This document shows, piece after piece, positions 8,649 to 16,255 of a stretch of 32,000 nucleotides of DNA; positions within the stretch are counted from its first letter, which is position 1, and each line of letters begins with the position of its first letter. The DNA lies in NCBI GenBank assembly GCA_934631005.1, contig CAKTXA010000013.1, forward strand, positions 28,963 through 60,962, in the 5' to 3' direction. A program made the position numbers and the translations under genes. Below the pieces are notes generated by a model. That model searched no databases. It had not been told where the DNA came from and saw only the letters and a list, made by a program, of their open reading frames with translations. This stretch comes from an uncultured Oscillospiraceae bacterium (GTDB taxonomy: Bacteria; Bacillota; Clostridia; Oscillospirales; Oscillospiraceae).

Positions 8649-9017
8649 TTACAGAAACAGTCCCACGGTCTTGCCTGCCGTGTCCACGCTCACCACCAGA
8701 TGGCTTCTGCCCACCTCTGCCGGCTTCGACTCCGTCGCCGCCGCCGGCACGCGCACGCCGCTCTGCCCGTCGGCCACCAGCGCCGTAAAGCCCAGCGCCG
8801 GAGCCGTGCCCGTGTACGGCAGCTTCATAAAGCCGCCCATGCGCACGCTCGCCGTGCCGTTTCGTACCTGCGTGATCATGCCGCAGAACGCCTCGCCGCC
8901 CGCGCACGCGCCCACCGTGCCGTTCGCCGTCACCTTGCAGAGCTTGCCCTCCGCCGCGGTGTCCCCCGCGTAAAACGTCACATACCGCTCCGCGATCGCG
9001 TCAAAAGAAATTGCCAT
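8649..9017 (-). CDS. Head decoration / cement-like protein (DUF2190-type)
   Basis: The track ORF 8649..9212 is trimmed to the ATG at 9017 (MAISFDAIAERY...), preceded by GAAGGAGG. 122 aa, Gly/Ala/Thr-rich, immediately upstream of the capsid gene. Confidence 0.6.
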   Translation of the reverse strand: MAISFDAIAERYVTFYAGDTAAEGKLCKVTANGTVGACAGGEAFCGMITQVRNGTASVRMGGFMKLPYTGTAPALGFTALVADGQSGVRVPAAATESKPAEVGRSHLVVSVDTAGKTVGLFL

Positions 9018-9063
9018 TGTCCTACCTCCTTCAAAAATATGCAGCGCCGCAGCGCCATTTAGT

Positions 9064-9217
9064 AACCGATGATCTGATCGACAAGAGCTGTCGGCGAGAG
9101 GTTTTGGCCCAAATGAAAGTTTGGAAACGCAGAAATACTTTGTGTATTTCAAGTTTTCAAACTGCACAGTTGGGGCAAAAGATCCGCCGACGGCCGCAGT
9201 CGATCGGATCATCGGTT
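9064..9217 (-). repeat. Long-range inverted repeat enclosing a lower-GC insert inside the head operon
   Basis: AACCGATGATCTGATCGAC (9064-9082) pairs with GTCGATCGGATCATCGGTT (9199-9217) at 18 of 19 positions. An inner pair GCTGTCGGCG / CGCCGACGGC extends the stem. Confidence 0.6.
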
Positions 9218-9219
9218 GC

Positions 9220-10092
9220 TTACACCAGAAACGCGCTGTCCGTCTTTTTCATCGCCGTCGGGCGCTCCGCCAGCAGACACACCGGCGGATACATCGCTTC
9301 CGCCCTGCGGCCAAGGCTCTTCTCCGCCGCCTGCAGCTGCTCCGGCGTCAGGACCGACACCATCAGCTCCAAAAGCTCCTTCTCCACCGCTACGTCCGTC
9401 AGCAGCGCCAGCCGCACCACCTCGCCGCGCAGCCGCTCGCGGTACTGCCGGCCCAGCTCCGCCTGCTTGTGCAGCTGCACCCGCGCATATTCCGTCAGCT
9501 CGTCGCCCTCGCCGCGCAGGCGCTTTAACACCCCGGCCTTCCGCTGCGCGGGCACCGCCACGAACGAAAACTCATACGCATCCTGCGGCTCGCACAAAAC
9601 CGCCACGCACGTTTTCCCGCCGTATTGCCGCCCCTTCTCGTGCTCGCACGTGCCGTACTCCGCCCCGCAGATCGAGCAGAGGCTCTTTCCCATCGCGCAC
9701 CCGACCGACACCTCTTTCTTGATGCCCGCCTCGATCTCGCGGATGAGCTCCGCCGTCCTCTCCGTCCGCAGGATGTACGCCCACGCTTTGATAAAGGCCG
9801 CGCCGCTCTCGTACTCCACGCCCGTCTCAAAAATGCGCGCCAGCTGCTTCTCGCTCGACCACGTGTGGTCGGCAACGCCCGTCTTGCCCACAAACAGCTC
9901 CGCCAGCTTCCCCAGCGCGTCGGTCGCAAACCGCTCAAAATCGCGATCCACCTGATCGTCGCACAGCCGCACGGAAAAGACGTATACCTCCTCCGCGCCC
10001 AGCGGCGTCTTGGCCTGCCTGTTGATCTTCTCCAGCTGCTCCGCCGTCGGCTTTCCCGCGGTCAGAACGCCCGCCTGCTTCAAAACCTCCAT
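9220..10092 (-). CDS. Prohead protease/scaffold-type protein (XkdF-like)
   Basis: 290-aa ORF between the portal and capsid genes. The C-terminal third is coiled-coil-like (ELTEYARVQLHKQAELGRQYRERLRGEVV), as in scaffold domains. The protease function is inferred from position only. Confidence 0.55.
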   Translation of the reverse strand: MEVLKQAGVLTAGKPTAEQLEKINRQAKTPLGAEEVYVFSVRLCDDQVDRDFERFATDALGKLAELFVGKTGVADHTWSSEKQLARIFETGVEYESGAAFIKAWAYILRTERTAELIREIEAGIKKEVSVGCAMGKSLCSICGAEYGTCEHEKGRQYGGKTCVAVLCEPQDAYEFSFVAVPAQRKAGVLKRLRGEGDELTEYARVQLHKQAELGRQYRERLRGEVVRLALLTDVAVEKELLELMVSVLTPEQLQAAEKSLGRRAEAMYPPVCLLAERPTAMKKTDSAFLV

Positions 10093-10095
10093 CGT

Positions 10096-11232
10096 TTACT
10101 CCTTTCCCAGCTCCGCGCGCAGCTTTTCCGCCTGCGCGCGATACAGCGCCGCGTGCGCCTCCTCCACCGTGTCCTGCAGCGAAATGTCGTCCCACACGAT
10201 CTCCGCCTCGCCGTCAAAGCCCTCCGACCGCAGCCAGTACCGGCAGATCTTCTCCAGCACCGGCTGTACGCACCGCCGCAGCGCCCACAGCTCCGACGTC
10301 AAAAGATCCGCCTGCTGCGCGCTCATCCGCTCCGTCGACGACCAGCTCAGCCCCAGCATGAACGGCGGCAGCCCCGTCTTGGCGACGAGCTGTTCGAGAA
10401 TTTGCCGCACCGGCACCTCCGAGTCCAGCACCTGCCCGTCCGCGCCGATCACGCGAATTGCCACATCGCCCACCGCCACAAAGTCGCGCACCTCGCCGGT
10501 GCGCGTGCTACGCATCGCCTGCGACCATTCGCGTGCCATCTGCTCCGCCGCCTGCTCCGGCTGCACGCTCTCGCTTCCGGGCCTGTACACCACCGCGTAG
10601 CGCACGTTCCCTGCCCGCTCCCAGTTCGCCCCGATCGTCCGGTAAATTTTCAGCAGCACGTCCGCCAGAAATGGCATCGACGCAAACAATGACGTGCCGT
10701 AGGGATGCGCCGCGTTCGCGTTCCACGTCGAAAACAGCAGCAGCTCCTGATACGGCAGCGCCCGCTCCTGCCCGTTTTCCCACACGCACAGCTGCACCTC
10801 CAGCGGCGACGCGCCCTGCTTCACATGGACTCTGCGCACATCGCCCCAGCACACCGCCTCCAGATGCCCGCCGCGCATCACCAGCTCGCCCACCGCGCGC
10901 CCATACATCAGCAGGCTGTCCAGGTAAGCCTCCAGAAAGCTCGCGATCCCGACCTGCCCGCGCCCCACCGGCGCCGCGCGTAAAAACCGCCGCAGCCCGT
11001 CCTCCGCGCGGCGGTCTTTGCACGCCACGTCAAAGCCGCCCGTCAGCCGCACCAGCTTGCCCACCGCCGCGTCCAGGATCGGCAGCGCCGCGCGCATCGC
11101 CTCAAACATCTCCTCCTGCGCCCCGCCGAGCGCCTGCGTCTGCGCCAGCATCCCAAACGGGTTCGCCGCCTCCGTCCGCAGCTGCGCCGCCTTCGCCGCG
11201 CCCTGCACTTCCTTTTTCCGCGTAAGGATCAC
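10096..11232 (-). CDS. Portal protein
   Basis: 378-aa ORF immediately downstream of terL, with size and position typical of HK97/PBSX-type portals. Confidence 0.8.
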   Translation of the reverse strand: MILTRKKEVQGAAKAAQLRTEAANPFGMLAQTQALGGAQEEMFEAMRAALPILDAAVGKLVRLTGGFDVACKDRRAEDGLRRFLRAAPVGRGQVGIASFLEAYLDSLLMYGRAVGELVMRGGHLEAVCWGDVRRVHVKQGASPLEVQLCVWENGQERALPYQELLLFSTWNANAAHPYGTSLFASMPFLADVLLKIYRTIGANWERAGNVRYAVVYRPGSESVQPEQAAEQMAREWSQAMRSTRTGEVRDFVAVGDVAIRVIGADGQVLDSEVPVRQILEQLVAKTGLPPFMLGLSWSSTERMSAQQADLLTSELWALRRCVQPVLEKICRYWLRSEGFDGEAEIVWDDISLQDTVEEAHAALYRAQAEKLRAELGKE

Positions 11233-11244
11233 CCCTTCTTCCTT

Positions 11245-12516
11245 TTATCCGTCGCCCCGCGTCACCGCCCGCGCCGTAAAGCCGCGCGGCGTCTCCAGAA
11301 CGCCCATCACAAAATAGCGCATATCGTCCATCGCGTGGTCGTTGCGCTTTTCCACCCGGTCGCGCGTCCCGCCGCGCTCCCAAACGTACAGATCCATCTC
11401 CCGCAAACAGTCCACACACTCCGCGCAGATCACGATCCGCCCCGCCCGCAGCGCGTCCGCCGTCCGTCGGATGCCGCTGAGCACATCGTTGTCCGCCTTT
11501 TCCACCACCCAGCCCTGCCGCCGCAGCGTCTGAATAAAGCTCGCCGCCGACGGGTCGACGATCACCTTCGCGATCTCCCGCCCGCCTGCCAGCCTTGCCA
11601 GCGCCCGTGCGTACTCCTCATCCGTCATCTGCCGCCCCTCGCGCCGCGAGTCAAAGTAAAATTCCTGCACCCGGTACCACGCGCCGTCCCGCCGTCCCCA
11701 CAGCCCGAACGACGCCGGATTCACCGTCCCGTAGTCGCACGAGATCACCCATTCGGCAAAGCCCTCCTTCGGCGCGGGCGCGGCCAGCGCCGTGTCGTAA
11801 AAGTCATACACCCGGCCCTCCGCCGCCGCCCACAGTCCCTGCACGAACCGCCGGTAAAACACCCCCGCGTACATCCGCGCATACCGCCTGCGGATCTGCG
11901 GCGAGAGCGCGGGGTTGTCCTGCATCGTAAAATGCAGATGCAAACAGTTCATCTCCTCCGCCCGCACGATCCACTGCCGGTAGAACCAATGCTGCGGCCC
12001 CTCGGGATTGCAGTTGAACCACAAGCGGCTGCCCGCGTCCGAGCACCGCGCGCACGCCTGCTCCACGAAGGAACGCGGCATCAGCGCCGCCTCGTCCAGA
12101 AGCACGCCCGCCAGCGTCACGCCCTGAATGAGCGCCGCCGACCGCTCATCGTTCCCGCCGAACAGCAGAAAATCATTCTCCCGTCCCGCGAACCGCACGC
12201 GGTACCCGCCGTCCGCCGTCCTTTCAAACCGCATCCCCAGCGCCCGCAGGACCGGCACGCCGTCCGCCAAAACGTTCCGCCGCAGCGCGCCCACCGTCCG
12301 GCCGCACAGCGCAAAGCGCCTGCCGGAGAATTCGCTCATCGCCCACAGGAAAAACCCCAGCGTCATCGCGAACGTTTTTCCCGACCGGATGGCCCCGTCG
12401 CACACGATCGCCTCATACCGGCAGTCCGGCCCGCCCGCGCGCCACCAGAGCATCGCCCGCCGCTGCTTGGGCGAAAATCCGCCGCTACGCGTCATCGTCC
12501 GCATCCTCGTCCTCAT
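11245..12516 (-). CDS. Terminase large subunit (PBSX XtmB-type)
   Basis: 423 aa. Walker A-like CDGAIRSGKT, Walker B-like LLDEA, and a C-terminal nuclease region (VIVDPSAA ... HAMDDMRY). Alternative in-frame starts at 12504 and 12495 overlap the terS stop. Confidence 0.9.
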   Translation of the reverse strand: MRTRMRTMTRSGGFSPKQRRAMLWWRAGGPDCRYEAIVCDGAIRSGKTFAMTLGFFLWAMSEFSGRRFALCGRTVGALRRNVLADGVPVLRALGMRFERTADGGYRVRFAGRENDFLLFGGNDERSAALIQGVTLAGVLLDEAALMPRSFVEQACARCSDAGSRLWFNCNPEGPQHWFYRQWIVRAEEMNCLHLHFTMQDNPALSPQIRRRYARMYAGVFYRRFVQGLWAAAEGRVYDFYDTALAAPAPKEGFAEWVISCDYGTVNPASFGLWGRRDGAWYRVQEFYFDSRREGRQMTDEEYARALARLAGGREIAKVIVDPSAASFIQTLRRQGWVVEKADNDVLSGIRRTADALRAGRIVICAECVDCLREMDLYVWERGGTRDRVEKRNDHAMDDMRYFVMGVLETPRGFTARAVTRGDG

Positions 12517-12742
12517 CCTGCTCCAGTGCCCGCAAAAGCTGCCGCGCCGTCTGCGACCGTTCCTCGTCGTCGCACAGCTGTGCCAGCTGCGCCAGAATTT
12601 TCGTCCGGTCCAGCAGCTTCAGCTCCACGCCACCCTTGTCGCTGCGCTTGATCTCCGTCAGCATCGAAAGGTCGAGCTTCGCAATGTCCTCATACTCGCT
12701 CAGCGCCAGCTTCACGCAGTCGTTGACCTTTCCAAACGCCAT
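12485..12742 (-). CDS. Terminase small subunit, C-terminal half only (N-terminally truncated)
   Basis: The 85-aa ORF matches the IAFxDxxD ... GxxxKLxDKxKALELL pattern of the C-terminal half of Terminase_2-type TerS proteins, followed by an acidic tail. TerS-like codons continue upstream of the ATG to an in-frame TGA at 12809-12811. Confidence 0.65.
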   Translation of the reverse strand: MAFGKVNDCVKLALSEYEDIAKLDLSMLTEIKRSDKGGVELKLLDRTKILAQLAQLCDDEERSQTARQLLRALEQDEDEDADDDA

Positions 12743-12837
12743 CCTCCGCAGCTGCTCCCGGATCCTCTCCAGATCCGACCGCCTTACCGTCTTCCCACTC
12801 GCAGCCCCTCACCTCCCTTTCACCCAAACCCACCCCA

Positions 12838-12868
12838 ACAAAAAAAGTTGCCCTAAACCAGGCAACTC
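12838..12868 (-). terminator. Rho-independent terminator just upstream of the terS remnant
   Basis: On the minus strand: AGTTGCC, an 8-nt loop, GGCAACT, then a run of 7 T. Confidence 0.55.
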
Positions 12869-12890
12869 CAAAAAATCAAAAACCAATTAT

Positions 12891-13205
12891 TTCGTCGTAA
12901 CGTATGGGAGGGGCTCTGCCCCTCCCGCTGGTACGCGACATCGTTCTTTAGCGGCAGTGCCGATTTGCTGAGGACCCCTTGGCTTCCCCTCGGGGAAGCT
13001 GTCGCCGCAGGCGACTGATGAGGGTCGGGGAGCACTTACGCATAGCTTAGCATGCACATCAAAACGTGACTGCTCCTCGACCCTCATCAGTCTACTCCGC
13101 TGTCGCTCCGCAGCCAGCTTCCCCCAGGGGAAGCCAAGAGGTGCATTCCACCTCGCTCCTGCGTCAAAGGTACGTCCGTGCGCGCTTACCTCTCCCCGCT
13201 TCCCT
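12891..13205. repeat. Hairpin-repeat cluster R1 (GTAG-headed REP-like family, right end degenerate)
   Basis: Starts TTCGTCGTAACGTATGGGAGGGGCTCTGCCCCTCCC. Contains the family modules CTTCCCCTCGGGGAAG, GTCGCCGCAGGCGAC and the long central hairpin CTGATGAGGGTCGGGGAGCA...TGCTCCTCGACCCTCATCAG. Confidence 0.85.
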
Positions 13206-13213
13206 ATAAAACA

Positions 13214-13251
13214 ACAAAAAATCGCCCGGCGTGGTTCCCCCGCCGGGCGAT
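13214..13251 (-). terminator. ileS rho-independent terminator
   Basis: Stem ATCGCCCGGCG (13221-13231) / CGCCGGGCGAT (13241-13251), followed on the minus strand by TTTTTTG. Confidence 0.8.
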
Positions 13252-13263
13252 CTTCCTTTCATA

Positions 13264-16071
13264 TTACACTTCCACGTCCAGTGCCTTCATCACCGCCGCG
13301 CAGCGGGGGCACAGCCCGTCGGCGTCGGCGTCCGTCGAATGCATCCAGCACCGCGGGCACTTCACGCCCGGCGCGTTCAGCACCTCGATGACAAGGCCCG
13401 GATACGCGCTGCCGCTGCCGGCCACGGCGTCCGCCGCGCCGGTCTTGGCCTCCGCGAGCTTCACGTCGGACACGATGAAGATCTCCGCCAGCTTCATGCC
13501 GGAAACCTGCTTCAGCGCCTCCGCCGCCGGCGCGTCGAGTGCCGACAGCACCACCTGCGCCTCCAGCGCCTTGCCGATGCGCTTGTCCGCGCGCGCCGTC
13601 TCCAAAACGCCGTTCACGTCGCCGCGGATCTGCAGCGCCGTCTCCCACGCGGCCATCTTGTCCGCGTCCAGCGCATAATCGGCATACGGCTTCGTCATCT
13701 CGTTCAGCACGACGTTGCGCGCGTCGTCCTCGGCTCTGTGCGGCATGGCCAGCCAGATCTCGTTGCACGTAAAGGCCAGAATGGGCGCAAATTCCTTCGT
13801 CATCGCGTCCAGGATCATCCACAGCGCGCTCTGCGCCGATTTCCGCTCCGCGGAGTCCTTGCCGTCGCAGTACAGCCGGTCCTTCACGATGTCCAGATAC
13901 AAACTCGAGAGCGTCACCACGCAGAACTCGTTGATCGCGTGCGACACGGTCAGGAATTCGTAGTCCTTGTACGCCGCCTCGCACTTTTCCAAAAGCGCGT
14001 TCAGCTTCGTCACCGCCCAGCGGTCGAGCTCCTGCATATCCTCGGGCTTCGTGAGTGCGTTCGGGTCAAAGTCGACAAGGTTATCCAGGCAGAACTTCGC
14101 CGTGTTGCGGAACTTCAGATAGCTCTGGCTCAGCTGCTGGAAGATGGCGTCGGAGCAGCGCACGTCCACATGATAGTCCGCGCTGCCGGCCCAAAGCCTG
14201 CAAATATCCGCGCCGTATTTCTTGAACACGTCCTCGGGATCCACGCCGTTGCCGAGCGACTTGTGCATCGCGCGGCCCTCGCCGTCCACCGTCCAGCCGT
14301 GCGTCACGCACTCCTTGAACGGCGCCCCGCGCCCAAGCGCCCCAACGGCCGTGAGGAGGCTCGACTGGAACCAGCCGCGGTACTGGTCAAGGCCCTCCAG
14401 ATACACCGTTGCCGGCCAGAACCCCTGATCGCGCTGCATGGACGCAAAATGCGTCGAGCCGGAGTCGAACCAGCCGTCAAGCGTGTCGGTCTCCTTATCA
14501 AAATGCTTCCCGCCGCAGTGCGGGCAGGCAAAGCCTTCGGGCACGAGCTCGTCGGCATCCAGCTCAAACCAGACGTTCGAGCCGTGCTTGCCGAACAGCT
14601 CCGAGATGCGCGCGATCGTCTCGTCGGTGCACACGGGCTTGCCGCAGTCCTTGCAGTAGAACACCGGGATCGGCAGGCCCCACCGGCGCTGACGCGAGAT
14701 GCACCAGTCGGAGCGCTCGCGGATCATCGCCTTCATGCGGTCAATGCCCCACGCCGGGAGCCACCGCACGTCGTCGCACGCCGCGCACGCCTCGTCCTTA
14801 AAGGAGTCGACGGAGCAGAACCACTGCGGGGTAGCGCGGAAGATGATGGGCTTTTTGCAGCGCCAGCAGTGCGGATACGAGTGCACGATCTGCTCCGAGG
14901 CGAACAGCCGCCCGGACTTTTTCATGTCCTCCAGGATGACCGGGTTCGATTCCTCCACCAGCATCCCCTCATATTTTCCCGCATAGTCGGTGTGCCTTCC
15001 CTGATCGTCCACGGGCACCACCATGTCCATGCCGTACCGGCGGCACGTCTGATAGTCGTCCGCGCCGAAGCCCGGGGCCGTGTGCACGCAGCCCGTGCCG
15101 GAGTCCATCGTCACATAGTCGGCCAGCACCAGCCGGCTCGTCTTGGGCAAAAACGGATGCTGCGCCAGCATATTCTCATAGAAGCTGCCCGGATGCGTCT
15201 CCACGATCTGATAGCTCGTAAAGCCGCCGATGCCCATGACCTTCTCCACCAGCGGCTCGGCCATGATATACATCTCGTCGCAGTCATCCGGCTTCACGAT
15301 CGCATAGCTCTCGTCCGGATGCAGCGCAATGGCGAGGTTGCCGGGCAGCGTCCAGATCGTCGTCGTCCAGATCACGAAGTTCAGCTTGGATTTATCCAGA
15401 TGCGAGAGCTTCCCCTGATCGTCCGCCATCGCGAACTTCACATACACCGTGGTGCACGGGTCGTCCTGATATTCGATCTCCGCCTCGGCCAGCGCCGTCT
15501 CGTCGTGATAGCACCAGTACACAGGCTTCAGGCCCTTGTAGATGTAGCCCTTTTTGTACATCGCGCCAAAGACCTTGACCTCCTCGGCCTCGAACTCCGG
15601 CGACATCGTCTTGTACGGATGCTCCCAGTCGCCGATCACGCCCAGCCGCTTGAAGCCCGCCATCTGCACGTCGATGTAGTGCTGCGCAAATTCGTGGCAC
15701 GCCGAGCGGAAATCCGCCACCGACATCTGCTTACGGTTGAGCTTGTTCTGCTTGATGATCGCGGACTCGATGGGCATCCCGTGATTGTCCCAGCCGGGGA
15801 TGTAGGGCGTGTAGTAGCCGCGCATCGCCGCCGAGCGGATCATAAAGTCCTTGATGCACTTGTTGAGCGCGTGGCCCATGTGCAGCGCACCGTTGGAGAA
15901 CGGAGGGCCGTCATGCAGCGAGAACAGCGGCTTGCCGTCGTTCTTTTTCAGCAGCTCGTGGTACAGATCCATCTCGTACCACTGCGCCAGCATATCCGGC
16001 TCCCGCGCCGGCAGCCCCGCCCGCATCGGAAACCCCGACTTGTTCATGTTCAGTGTCTTTTTGTATTCCAT
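13264..16071 (-). CDS. ileS: Isoleucine--tRNA ligase
   Basis: Class I motifs (HMGH in PPFSNGALHMGHALN; KMSKS-type KSLGN) and C-terminal zinc-binding cysteines (CPRC...CPRC). Start trimmed to the ATG at 16071 (MEYKKTLNMNKSGFPMRAGL, a typical IleS N-terminus), with AAAGGAG upstream. Confidence 0.95.
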   Translation of the reverse strand: MEYKKTLNMNKSGFPMRAGLPAREPDMLAQWYEMDLYHELLKKNDGKPLFSLHDGPPFSNGALHMGHALNKCIKDFMIRSAAMRGYYTPYIPGWDNHGMPIESAIIKQNKLNRKQMSVADFRSACHEFAQHYIDVQMAGFKRLGVIGDWEHPYKTMSPEFEAEEVKVFGAMYKKGYIYKGLKPVYWCYHDETALAEAEIEYQDDPCTTVYVKFAMADDQGKLSHLDKSKLNFVIWTTTIWTLPGNLAIALHPDESYAIVKPDDCDEMYIMAEPLVEKVMGIGGFTSYQIVETHPGSFYENMLAQHPFLPKTSRLVLADYVTMDSGTGCVHTAPGFGADDYQTCRRYGMDMVVPVDDQGRHTDYAGKYEGMLVEESNPVILEDMKKSGRLFASEQIVHSYPHCWRCKKPIIFRATPQWFCSVDSFKDEACAACDDVRWLPAWGIDRMKAMIRERSDWCISRQRRWGLPIPVFYCKDCGKPVCTDETIARISELFGKHGSNVWFELDADELVPEGFACPHCGGKHFDKETDTLDGWFDSGSTHFASMQRDQGFWPATVYLEGLDQYRGWFQSSLLTAVGALGRGAPFKECVTHGWTVDGEGRAMHKSLGNGVDPEDVFKKYGADICRLWAGSADYHVDVRCSDAIFQQLSQSYLKFRNTAKFCLDNLVDFDPNALTKPEDMQELDRWAVTKLNALLEKCEAAYKDYEFLTVSHAINEFCVVTLSSLYLDIVKDRLYCDGKDSAERKSAQSALWMILDAMTKEFAPILAFTCNEIWLAMPHRAEDDARNVVLNEMTKPYADYALDADKMAAWETALQIRGDVNGVLETARADKRIGKALEAQVVLSALDAPAAEALKQVSGMKLAEIFIVSDVKLAEAKTGAADAVAGSGSAYPGLVIEVLNAPGVKCPRCWMHSTDADADGLCPRCAAVMKALDVEV

Positions 16072-16132
16072 AACTTCAAAACTCCTTTGTGAGTATATTT
16101 TCATCGTCCCAAAGCCCGCCCTGTCGCCACGT

Positions 16133-16216
16133 TTCGTCGTAACGTAGGGGAGGGGCTTGCCCCTCCCGCGGCTTCCCCTTGAGGGGAAGCTGTCGGCGAA
16201 GCCGACTGATGAGGAG
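16133..16216. repeat. Hairpin-repeat fragment R2 (left arm only) inside the ileS 5' UTR
   Basis: TTCGTCGTAACGTAGGGGAGGGGCTTGCCCCTCCC, then CTTCCCCTTGAGGGGAAG, GTCGGCGAAGCCGAC and CTGATGAGG, after which similarity to the family ends. Confidence 0.85.
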
Positions 16217-16255
16217 GAGCGTTGTACGTTCTGAGCTGTAACGCGTTTGCAGCAA

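Noticed and set aside
13016-13095. CUGAUGAG sequence next to a stem, reminiscent of a hammerhead ribozyme core (present in every repeat copy)
   Set aside because: The CTGATGAGG is simply one arm of the long central hairpin and pairs with CCTCATCAG. There is no GAAA after stem II and no UH cleavage-site arrangement, so the hammerhead three-way junction cannot form.
104-13260. Attachment-site direct repeats or an integrase delimiting a prophage
   Set aside because: I found no integrase or recombinase ORF and no convincing direct repeat flanking the block within the window. The left boundary may lie outside the window, so absence cannot be concluded.
13231-16092. 953-aa plus-strand ORF spanning the whole ileS region
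   Set aside because: It is exactly antisense to a high-confidence ileS gene. The translation is Arg/Leu/His/Pro-rich and low-complexity with no recognisable motifs, a typical stop-poor antisense frame in high-GC DNA.
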